Of a DNA stretch of 64,000 nt, positions 12,827 through 23,916 are shown piece by piece (position 1 is the stretch's first letter; every line of letters starts with the position of its first letter). The stretch is from Phoronis australis (Eukaryota; Animalia; Phoronida). The notes under the pieces were generated by a model. That model was not told the DNA's origin and ran no database searches. It saw only the letters and a list, made by a program, of their open reading frames with translations. A program made the position numbers and the translations under genes. Where the stretch lies: NCBI GenBank assembly GCA_002633005.1, contig NMRA01000030.1, positions 1,572,453 through 1,636,452 of the forward strand, given 5' to 3'.

Positions 12827-13600
12827 ATGCCACACTGTTGCTGCGTACCGGGATGTACTAATTATCGTCTGATGCACGCTTTGGGAGTACCTTAGCATCG
12901 CTTTCCGATGGATGACACTTTTCGCCGTACTTGGCTTGTTCGTTTGAAGAACGCAGCGTTACCCGTCCACGCAACGAGAATTGCCGTGTGTGTGGCAAGC
13001 ACTTTCTGCCGTCCCATTACGAAAGGGATTTGTACGCTGAACTGATGAAGGTCCCTGCGAAACAACGCCTGAAGAAGGATGTCATTCCGTTTGTGTTGAT
13101 TCCCGGCAGTGCCCCGTCGACACCCCCGAGAAGTGCGTTTTTGAAGAGAGAAGTCTCGCGAGCTGTGGCCAGTACAGTGACTGGAGCCAGTGGAGGCACT
13201 TCATCCAGTCACCCGTGCGTACGAACGTACCCCCAGAGCGTGCCATTCCTGGAACCAGTAGTGATTCGCCCTGTGCTGTTTTCTCCAACCCAGAGCCTCT
13301 AAGCAGCCCTGCAGCGATATTCAGTAGTGGGAGTGATTACAGGCCCAGTTCGACACCCACTGAAGAGGACAGTTCGTCGTCCAGTGAACAGATCGGTGAG
13401 CCAAACTTTGATAAGTTTATTGTGGACTTGTCTAAAGTGTTGGAGCTATTTAGAAGGTGCCAGGTGTGTGGCGAGGGGGTCACACGACACGAAGTAAGCA
13501 GTTTGGGTGCTCAGGTCACCATCCAGTGGGAGTGTGTCGCGGGACACTCTGGCAAGTGGGACAGTTGTTCCTCTGTCCGTGGTATGCCGGAAGTCCACTT
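12827..13600 (+). pseudogene. THAP-domain transposase N-terminal remnant
   Basis: MPHCCCVPGCTNY...HRFP...W...RVCGKHF...RLKKDVIP (THAP C2CH motif) followed by a CQVCGE...WECVAGH zinc ribbon; one stop plus frameshifts; catalytic domain missing. Confidence 0.8.
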
Positions 13601-13910
13601 AACCGTGTCCAGTAGTGGCTTGGCCTCGTCGAACTCTGAACAGCACAAGCATTCCATTGAGGTAGGCATAACAACATAACAACGCACACAGTGCATTTGC
13701 ACCAAGATGTGTCTCCACGTCTGTCCTCAGTAGCCGCCTCGTTTCTCTCAACAGCTGCTTGTGCCTGTGCGTACTCTGCCTCGTTATACTCGGGCTCAAA
13801 CATGTACCCACTGAATGTCCGTGAAAAAATTCCTCGTCACCACTGCTGTGAACAAGGTCTCCGTCACTCACACTACTGTCACTGTGATACGGGTCACCGA
13901 CTCCAGCCAT
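13600..13910 (-). pseudogene. KolX-like (P2X7 C-terminal-like Cys-rich) protein remnant
   Basis: Acidic N-terminus, MFEPEY, then WCKCTVC / MPTSMECLCCSE motif across frameshifts. Confidence 0.75.
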
Positions 13911-14770
13911 TTTCAGCTTACAACACACTAAGCAACCCCTAAATCCAACGTAGTTGAGTACTCTACTAACCTATCTTGTCGCAGAATACTCGCCGATGGA
14001 AAGTGGTGGCGACAATTGTTGAAAAACAGCACAAAACAAAAGTAGAATAGAACAGATTCGCACGGCAAACTCAAAGCAAAACCAAGTGGCGGGAAACGCT
14101 TGCCTCCTAAAACGTCACTTCCTGAGTAGAGGACGAGTAATTAATAAAATTACGAAAAGCTGTAATTAAGTGAAAAATATGTCTAGGATAACCAACCAAC
14201 CTTATTTTAGCTCAAAATGACATGAAAAAAGGTTGCCTTCGCCTTTAACTTAGAAACCCTGTCAAATAGTTTTTTCGAAATCCTGAGTGTAACAATTTTG
14301 GAGCGTACCCGACGGTGAAGTGAGTTTGCGAATCTCAGATCAGTGGGGCGCCTTTTAGTAAAACACCCAATCAATGTTTCCGGATTCTTTGTTCAGTGAC
14401 ACCCTACATGTATGCTGTTGCGACAAATTTTGCAGTTGTGACAATTTTGGTCTGACCTATATTGTCACACGCAGAAACTGTTGTGGGTCGTTGTGACAGG
14501 ATGGGTCTGCATAAATAGCAGAGCTCTACATTGGCGCACGCAAGAATTGTGACTATTTGGGTCGTTGTGAAAACTGAAAAACGCGTTTCTGGGTTCTGTC
14601 CATTGGACGTGACAGCATAGCGCAAACAAGTGTTGAAGGCAACATTTTAGCCTGGGCCCAGCAGTGACTGGAACTCTGCTTGAAAAACTGAATTCGTCAA
14701 GAAGTCGTTTCTAGTTATGAAAATGATGAAAGACTTTTATATTCTCCATCTGACATATGTAATCACGTTA

Positions 14771-14896
14771 CATGAGCGGCGCACCATAGGGGACTGGGGG
14801 GGGGCACTTTTTTAGTCCTGCGCCGCCAGTGGTTTATGGGCGTGCACCACAGGGGGGTTATAGCCCCCCACATTTTTCAGTGCTGCGCCACCTATG
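14771..14896 (+). mobile_element. Dimeric GC-rich MITE copy
   Basis: CATGAGCGGCGCACCATAGGGG...GCGCCACCTATG; homologous to 5718-5861 and 48269-48400. Confidence 0.6.
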
Positions 14897-15604
14897 TCTT
14901 ATGTGGCAGGCGTTGTAAGGACTACAGGTACGTTCCTAACACTCGAATGTGCACGTGCGTATTAACGTACTGCTAGTTACCCAATAGTTTGTGTATGGAT
15001 CTGCTGAATTTTTTTAAAACAGTTAGACTTAATTGAATTTCACCCTGTCTATTTAATATCTGTGCTGTAGCATTTACTTAATGAGAGAGTTTTTAAAACT
15101 GTAATAGATGGTATCAGTAATGCCCTGCCTAAAGAAATGAGAGCACGCACTTGGGGTAGGCCAAGTTTCTTGCGACAAAATCAAGATCTCACAAGACCTC
15201 ACCAAATCACGCGAAAACAAGACTAGTGTCTCGCGATTGTGCATGATAGCTTAGTACTTATCCTAACAAAATGACAAGCACTGAAGTGAGTAGAGGTTGG
15301 CTATGTTTGAATTCACAATTTCAGTGCCTTAAGTGAGGTTTCTAGTTGCAAGCGAATAATATGTCGAAGGGTTTACCGAACGAAATCCAGATAGTCTCTT
15401 GAGACCCTCATTAGCTCACAGATGCATCCCTTACTAAAGAATTGGGATGCGTTCCTCACACAAAACGAGCAAAAATGCTGCACTAACGAGATATCCATGC
15501 ATTACATGCACACAGTCGATTTTGCGTGTACATATTGCACGCCTGAGCTTTTAATACATTAAGAGGATGAAAAGAACTTTCTACTGCCCATCGTCTATGT
15601 TGTA

Positions 15605-15790
15605 GAGGCGGTGTGGCCTAGTGTACAGTAATAGGTGCCCGCTTTCTTTATTCTTCTTCGTGGGGTGGAGTTCCACAGGCCCACTCTGCTAGACCCTTGA
15701 GTCAGGTTTATACATGTAGGTCCTCAGATCGATTTTAACTACATGTATGTATTAATTAAGCACAATAATGGTTCCAGGTGACCACATTGG
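15605..15790 (+). mobile_element. Degenerate tRNA-derived SINE (copy of 40414-40655)
   Basis: GAGGCGGTGTGGCCTAGTG...GTGCCCGCTTTCTTTA...ACCCTTGAG...TTCCAGGTGA aligns with the 40414 copy. Confidence 0.6.
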
Positions 15791-16314
15791 CGGTGCACCA
15801 TGGCACAATTTTCAGTGTTGACGGAAAGATTTTTGAAATGTAAGTTGGTGCTATAAACACAAGTAACAGTGGACTGTTTTCCACTGTGAATAGCTCGTTT
15901 CATGCTTTTCCGTTGAGTCTGGTAAGAGACCTTCTCATAGAAGTTTCTAGCTTTGGCCAAGATTGCACCGTCATTTGTTTAAATGATGTTTTCTGCTCCG
16001 ACTCGTACAATGCAAGTTCACATTTGCAAAATCAGCTCGACTATACAAACGCAGGGGAACAGCTAGTAACAATGGAGCCTTATAAGCACCATAGCACCAT
16101 CTAGTGAACATAAACATTCACATCAAATGCAGGAAAGAAGTCTGTAAGAGAACGTGGTTCCTATTTTTCGAAAATGTTAAATTCCCTGCAGATTTTTATG
16201 CTGTAGGTAACAAGATAAGGAAAGGCCTGCAACCGAAGACATTTTCTACCGTGAAAACGTTATCGACTTTTTGACGTAAAGTCTACATAACTGATCGCCA
16301 TGGCACTGACTTAC

Positions 16315-16618
16315 CTGGATAACTTTGCTCATACAATGCCCAGCCAGACAATTTTGTAACCATCAGATTGCGGACACTGCAGTGCAAAATACAAGCTTGT
16401 GTAGTTTTCTCGTAACTGAACGCAGGACATGACTGCGCCAAGCAATCAGCTCTACATATCAAAGCCGTAGAGCGAGTCGTTTGTTGCAAGCAGTCCACAC
16501 TGCCTTTATACCCCAAAGATGCAGCGTACCGGACTACTCTGCCACGTGTCCCTGCTAGTACCGTTACCTTCATTGACAGTGAGATCAAAAACCATTTCAA
16601 TGTAAATGTCATCTTCAT
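16315..16618 (-). CDS. PAN-jacalin lectin gene, coding exon 1 (signal peptide + PAN/apple domain)
   Basis: ATG at 16618, hydrophobic N-terminus MKMTFTLKWFLISLSMKVTVLA; CRADCLAQSCPAFSYEKTTQACIL PAN motif; CCAG|gtaagt donor in phase 1; upstream acceptor at 16663-16665 implies a 5' UTR exon. Confidence 0.8.
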
Positions 16619-19375
16619 TTGTGAACAATCCGCGTTTTCAAACAGCGTTTTCAATTAAAGACCTGAAAATAAACCAGGCATCTGCATGAACACTTGAATG
16701 AACAACGTTCAGTTCAATATGTTTTCGTTTTTATTTTGAAGCTATAAACAATAGACCGAGTCAGTAATAGACAACATGTTCAGCTCGTTTAAGAAGCGAA
16801 TCGTCACCTTGGTCAATTAATTATTCGCACTTAAGTAGAATTGAAAAATAAAATTGTTCTGAACTGACTTACGGCTCTTCACAGATGTACACCGCAATTG
16901 TTTCTCAATTACCTTCACCAATATTGATAAAGACGTCGACTAAATTTGGTGGCTATAAACCTGCTTACCCTATGTTAAGATTCTGGGCTGGGCTGCATAA
17001 AACTTCACAGTTATCCGCTGAATAAGTTTGATTGTTGGATGACATCAGGTGCATTGTTCAACAATGACAAAGTGGCGCGTGATAATGCGACGTCATTGCT
17101 GCTATACAGCGTATACATGTACCATTTACGCAACTGGGGTCTGCTCTATTAGTGCAACTCCAGCAGGAGATTCGGCGAAATTATTAGCAGTGGTGTCATC
17201 GACACTTTGAGTAAACAGATTTACATCGACGTCAGTTTCTTTATTACACACTTTCATATTGAAAAAGCAAACACTGGACTGTGGCTCGCTTTAACAAGCA
17301 ATTTATTTGATCAATACTGTGTTTTAGCTGTATATAGTCACTGTGGTAATGGTTCTTTCAAGTGCTATCATTCCAGCAAGGGTCCGTCTCTATGGTACAC
17401 CGGATGTAACACCGGACACATTTCACACAAATTCTGCAAGAGGTTGTAGGGATATGTATGGTGGCATCACTTTTAAAACTTGAAATAGACATTTCCATTT
17501 CTATTGATTGTACGAGCAACATTGACTTTTCATGTCTGATTCTCACACTTTCGAAGTATACATCGATTCGTTCGACCTACCTGGCGGTATATTTAGTGTG
17601 TACTGTACAACATCGCGCATCTTGTTACGTTTTCCAGGCGCCGAGTCGCAGAAATAAATGCAATTATTTTTTTTTTGTTCACATTGAGTAGTGGTTTACA
17701 ATTAATACGCCCTGCTTTCATTGTCATGAACATGCTATGTATAGTATAATTTTTTTATTGTACATCACCTTTGACCACTTGCAATTATGAAATCGACTTC
17801 AAATTAACCTTTACTCAAATTAGAATTAATATTGGCCTTGTAAAGCGCGTTATTACCTGATACCAGACTCAGCAAGTTGGCATGTCACGGCGGGTCAGTA
17901 ACTTGCGCTGAACATGACGTCAAGAATTGGTGAATTGTCAGCATTTTCCAAGACCAGTAAGGAACAAATTGAAACTAGTTTTACAACGGTAGGCGGTGTT
18001 TATTAAATGCTCGCGGTTTTTAACACCATAAGACAAAAAGATGATTGTTTTGACACGATAAGACCTTCCACTGCAAGAAAGTTTAAGAAAAGTTCGAAAA
18101 CGTTGTAAAGTAGTCGTTGTTTTACGACGTTGACTAATTTGAATATTATTTTACTTCAAGTTGCAGAATTATGGCAAACTCAAGTGTAGACATAAAGAAC
18201 TGAAAAGATTTCACTTAGTTTTGCCTGAATCCACACGTCACTGGATTTGCCACCTTTTCCCACTCTGTTGAAAACTCTGCGAATTGCTTGATGAAAAATT
18301 GAGTCACTTCACACCAAGAGGGCTACACATGACCACAGAAACTTTATTCTGACTCGTGTTTTGGTCTTTCCGCTTCCGACTAAAAGCAATTATCCAGGCT
18401 AAGTAAAAAGTAGTAAAACGTGCACTTTTAAATTCAAAGCCACCATCTCCTGGACACTGCTGGTCACAGCAAATTTATACATCCTTCAGCTTGACCTTTT
18501 GTGTTCACAGCGATGAGCATACCTTTCCTTGGTTAGATTATTTAGAAGAGAAACAGTAATTAATATAAGGGAGCGTTCACTTATTACGTCATCTAAAATT
18601 TGTCACTCCTTCCCGATCTCGGTCATCACCCGTCATCACGATATTAACCACCCATCCCCCGTCTAGCCTTTAATTGCGTGATTACACCCAAACCCGTTTT
18701 TGGAAGAACCGATAGTTCTTTAGAGAGTCCGCCTTGATGATTCTAATGACCAACTAATGTGTATAATCGCTGTTGTATTCAACAATGAAGTAAAGTACAC
18801 CATTGCGCGTTCGAATATGTTATCTGGTATTTGAACGTTGTTTTTACCACCAGAAGTGTTCTGTGAAAGATGAACCAGATTTCCAATGGCAAGTACATGT
18901 ATGTTTAGGGATATTTTCTAATTAACTCCACAATGGCGTCACCCCTGCACAGCGTCATCAATCGTTATCTTCTCCAAAGTCCCTCCCCTCGAGTGATATC
19001 GCAATATGTGACAACCGTAACGAAGGGTTCTTCATTTCCGAAATAGTCTGCCACCAAAGTTGGATCTGCATGCTATAGCTCTGAGTAAAAGTACATTGTT
19101 AACTGTCACAACACTGATTTTTAGAAAGGATGGAATCTACGACGGGTATTGCTCTACGTTATGGTCACGGTTTGCAAAACATTTGACTGTAGCACGTACT
19201 TTTGAAATACACGTATTTTCATTAAGAATATCATGATAGTCTCTTTTTAGTTCGGCAATGTGTCTGCTAGATCGGTATCACATTAATCGCCTCGGGATTT
19301 CTTGGGAGATTAGTCAGTTTGAGTACACACACTGCTCGGGTTAGAATTTTCTTTACACTTTCAACTGGTCTTTGT

Positions 19376-19575
19376 CTACCCTCGAATCAATCTCAGAGCC
19401 CAGTCTGCAAGATAGGTCGGCAATATGCTAAGAAACTGGAACAACTTGGCGTCACCCCCAATCACGTAACGAGTCCGTGGCCTACGTGAAAATAGTGCGC
19501 GTACGCAAGTGTCAACCACCAAGTGTGTTCCATCGAACTTAAACGTGTTCGTTCGTCGCTTCGCCATTTCAGCCG
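19376..19575 (-). CDS. SDR9C/RDH-like paralog B, exon 4 (stop)
   Basis: ttttatttgcag| acceptor; HLVVDTCVRALFSRRPRTRYVIGGDAK...LPTYLADW; 200 nt, same length as the paralog A exon. Confidence 0.88.
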
Positions 19576-21126
19576 CTGCAAATAAAAAATTAAAGATATT
19601 TAAAAACGTTTTAAAATATAACCCTCGCCCCGGAGCTTACGTATACGCCTTTTCGATCTGCCATGAAGTTGATTAAGATCATCTATCGTTATGAAATTAG
19701 TTTGAACGTGTTACTTAAGCTTACTCTGATTAGAGTGAATGAAGTGGACTTGGGAATGATTTGCAGTTTGTTCATTATTCATGCTTGGGACCAGGCTCAA
19801 CTGGTGATTGTTATAAAACATCATGATACCAGGAAAGCCACGTGTTGGCTATACAGTATTTCTCCGACCAGGAAACCAAGTATTTTACGGATTGTTTTTA
19901 AAAATTTTGAATTTCTGTTGATGTCAAAGCATTTTATTTTAGTTTCAAATTTCAAAAATAACGACCTGTCAACTGTAATCCACTTCGTCGATTTTTCTCC
20001 CACAAGGTAAAGCACGTCTCTTTATTTGGTATGGTAAGACATAAACGAAGTTCATTTCCTTATATGGAATAATAATTTCGTGGCGACTTTAAAGGAAAAT
20101 GCCATCAGTGTATCAGTTTATATCGAGTAGTTCCACTCGATCACAGCAAGTACAATTCTTTTGCATGAGACCTGACGGCAGGAGGTGTTGAAATTACCCA
20201 ATGACGTCAGAGGTTCGAACACAGGTGGTTCAGCAGTTCACACCACGCTTACTGGTGTCGACTTATCGTTTGGGTTCATCGTTTTCCACCAATAAATCAT
20301 CAAAATTCAACGCAAAATCCTTACACATACACCGAGTTCTTGAACAAATGTGTTGTTTTATTTCGCTGTTACAGATGTATAGCTATATGAACGTAGCTTA
20401 GCCTACAAAGTTCGGTAAGCCAATGACCAAGGTCGGTCAAGGGAGTTTGTTGTCTGTTCGGTGATAAATTCGAAATACAGAAAGGAGAACATAGCTGTGT
20501 GTTATAATTTTAGACTTGCGATTTTTTCAGTTCAAAACACACAAAACGCTTGTTATCCCGGGCAGTGGCTCGGAACCCGATCAGGCCCGTCGCGGCCGGA
20601 CTGAAGACATCACGAGCATAAACGAGAAAAAGGTGGAAACTTAACTTTCAGTCACGCAAAGACTATACTAGTGAGCTAAAGAAATAATGCGCACGTGATT
20701 ATTTTGGTGAATTAGCCGCGAAACTGAAAATCTACTTACATGTACACGTCAGGGGCATACCGCGAAATCAGGTTACCCTTCCACAGAACCGTCAGGGCAA
20801 AAGTTGCACGGTAGCAATGAATTGAATGATGAATATGTATATCTAAATAAAGATTCCCCTAACATCTGATCATAGGATACAAAATGGAGTTATTGTTTCA
20901 TAACAGTTTTCTGTCAGCAAACACTGAATTAGCATGCGCTCACACGGACTCAGTCGGTGCCCGGTTAATTAACTTTATTGCATCTAAAGCCGGTAACGCA
21001 GTGATTTATTCGTAGCTGGCTTCTCAAAACATTTGCACTCACGAATACTTCAAAGGCATTACAAATTGTATGTAATGGGTGATAACAATTCATTTTGAAA
21101 CAGAACGCTCAGTAATAAACGTCAAC

Positions 21127-21378
21127 ATGGCAACGCGCAATTCCGACTTGGAGGAGTACTAGTCTGACGAAGACTCCCCAGGTAGATCGTTAGGTTTCTC
21201 AGGATATCAGTTCGAACCAAAATACACTGATTAAGAAAGAGGCGCCGTGAACGTGGATAGTTCCGAAAACCGTCTCAATGACTTGTCATGGTGTCAGTGT
21301 GCTAACTACACCATAAAGGAAACGACTGCCGCTTGCGTTTACTGCCACGAAATTCAACATGCGAAACGCCTTCTTGGA
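21127..21378 (+). pseudogene. KolX-like remnant
   Basis: MATRNSDLEEY*...GYQFEPKYTD*...WCQCANYTIKETTAACVYCHEI; two in-frame stops. Confidence 0.65.
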
Positions 21379-21605
21379 GAAGCAAGCCGGGATTCCTCAG
21401 TGAAATCACTGTCCACGAAATGCCGGCCACAGAGACGGAGTTGTTTCACGGCCTCGTACTTTGTATGAACGCCGTACTTTTCAAGTTTTACTGCCGCGAG
21501 CCAGTTTCGAAGCATTTCGGACTCTCGAGGAAATCGAAAAAACGATGTACCGGCTTTCCTCGCAGCTTCGTAGTTCGCACAAGCGGGAACGACACACCAC
21601 ACCAT
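21354..21605 (-). pseudogene. Truncated THAP domain of Kolobok transposase
   Basis: MVWCVVPACANY...FFRFP...WLAAV...RLCGRHFVDSDF; frame open for 83 aa but cut before the terminal AVP motif. Confidence 0.75.
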
Positions 21606-23042
21606 GGCGGCATTCTCTCTGCACATGAACCACTGACATTGCAGCGTCGTTTCTCATCTTCCTCACGGGTTAACACGACTCCTCTCGGCAAGGTAAGGTC
21701 GACAGTATGCGAGGCGATGTGGATATAGACCGATTAAGACGGTAAGAAAGACTAATTAAATCGGGTGACATTCTCCTTTAAGTAGATGTAACCCTAACTG
21801 TTTAAAATTAGTTATAAAGGTATCGTTTCTAAAATGCACTTTTTGGAAATCTCCTTGTTTCACTGGCTTCTCTCATACTATGCTGTCAACCTAGTGAGTT
21901 CAAATATATCCACCTTGTCAGTCAGGCATATGTCGAATGATTTTAAGAGCATTTATCAGGCTTTCAAGTGTTCCTACGTTCCTTACTTTTTGACTTGCTC
22001 CTACTTTTCCTACTTTTTTCTAAAATTCATAATATTTTCTGCTTTTTCGTACTTTTTTCTCATTTCTCAAAAATTCCATCTAATTTACGTTTTTGGAATA
22101 ATGAGTAGTCGTTTTAGGTTGTCAGGTGCAGCACACGAAGGATTTCCTCCAGCACAAGCGATGCAAACCGAAAGACTATGTAGTTGGAAAGCCAACAGGA
22201 CTTTAACTGTACTTTTGGGTGTAAAGATTCTATTGCAAATGACCTACCATTGAAAGGGACGTCTTAAGTTGCACAATCTAGGCTTTGGTCCCGGGGGGTC
22301 AAACAGAGGACCCCAAATTACATTTGATAAAATTTCGAGGGCAGCATCCTTTTTAAGTTTATTTCGTTCAAATCACCATTCAAATTAAAATGATGCAACT
22401 TAAGACATGAAAATACCTGGGTTAATGAATTAAGACGCCTACTACTTAACGACCAATTAACAGCTCATTTTAACTTTTAGGTGCAACAACAATTCTTTTC
22501 TCAAAAGATATTGTAGCAGCCTTGGACACCATATCCACAACTTATGACGCAATTTTTCCTGGGGTCTGTAGATAAGAGAGACCATGAGACCCTGTTGTAG
22601 TAGCGGAACTTGTTATAAAAGGATCTGGACAGCAAAGAGACTCAAGCTTCGTGAAACAACTCGAGAGGGAGTGGCTCAAAAGAGAGATACCCATCTTTCT
22701 CACCAAGGATTGGTCGAGCAACTTCTACAGTTCACGTCTAGAAGGAAGGGAAGTGTATTTGGAGGTGATGGGAGAGTGCACTCAGTACGTCGATGAAAAT
22801 GAAGATGTCCGTACAGAATCACTTCCATCTCTAAATTATCTCTCGGAAGTCATCATCAGAGCCATCCTTCCGATATAATTGTAGCAGTGCCGTAGTGGTA
22901 AAATTAGAGGTAAGTAAGTGCCCAATGCGAACCCACATCACCGTGAGCATTGAATTTTAAAAGTGCATTGAATTCGCTAAACCTGACTCACAAACATTTA
23001 GGCCTATTTTTTACTATCGAGTGGGTATTTACTTCGTGTGTG

Positions 23043-23235
23043 CAGTGGAGAATCTAGAACGTCGCAGAAAGGGGCCCAACCACGCATATAGGAAAGCAAA
23101 GGTCGTCACGTGCATTCAAAGCGGTCTTTGAAGGGGGGCACAATTTTAAAGGATGCCAAATGTGGTGGCGCTCTTAGTCGCCCGGGGGGCGTGTCCTCGG
23201 GGCCCTTAGTCGGTCCTCCTCTATCCGCCTGTATT
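23043..23235. mobile_element. hAT5-like MITE nested in the Academ
   Basis: CAGTGGAGAATCTAG...CTATCCGCCTG ends; GTGTG on both flanks. Confidence 0.45.
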
Positions 23236-23620
23236 GTGTGACACCATAACTGTAACTTTGTCTTGAAATAATAATCTAAAATTGCATTACTTGGAGAACA
23301 TGTGTTACTCCGTACGCTTCAAAGACAAATTACACAAACACAATGTTACACAAGTCGACGGTTTTATCCCGAATCCCATCGGCCCCGTTTTGGGATCCAA
23401 GATCCCCATAGAGCAAAACGATTGTTCATCATTGTCAAGTCAAAGCCACTGCAAGTTCACAACAACTTTTTGAATAAATTGTCCAGGACGTATGGTCACG
23501 CGCGCCGGAATATTCGGCAACAATGCTGTCGCCTACGTAGCAGTGCATTGATATCGTAAGCTATTGTATCAAGACTACGCCCCATTATAGCATCACTTAC
23601 TGTGCGTAGGCGCTACGATA

Positions 23621-23916
23621 CATAGGCGTATTTAGGGGGGCAGACCCCCCCTTGGCTGCCGTTAGTAAAATGAAACAGCAATAGCGTGAAGCGTGAAGCA
23701 TGAAGAAATATTGAGTTAAGTAAATAGGACCAGTAGCGGACAGATGGAGGCCGAGTGGTGTTCCCGGGTTTTTTTTAGTCCACCGACAGATTTTCTGAGC
23801 AGAAGGTTCACTTCCACGATCCCCGCCACTTTTGGGCGCCTGGGCACATACACTTTTGCCCAATTCCCCGAGGCAACATGTCGGGCCCCCCTTATGGTAT
23901 CCTAGATCCGTCACTG
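23621..23916. mobile_element. hAT5-like MITE nested in the Academ
   Basis: CATAGGCGTATTTAGG...CCTAGATCCGTCACTG ends; flanks CGATA/CGTTA. Confidence 0.55.

Larger units (their letters stand above)
12562..14244 (+). mobile_element. Internally deleted Kolobok transposon (THAP-transposase 5' part on +, KolX 5' part on -)
   Basis: TTAA TSD (12558-12561, 14245-14248); ~158-bp TIRs starting AGGCGAAGGCAACC; convergent coding remnants. Confidence 0.85.
20093..21777 (-). mobile_element. Internally deleted Kolobok transposon (KolX remnant on +, THAP remnant on -)
   Basis: TTAA TSD (20089-20092, 21778-21781); TIR AGGAAAATGCCA / TGACATTCTCCT (10/12); convergent KolX and THAP fragments meeting near 21378. 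Confidence 0.8.
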
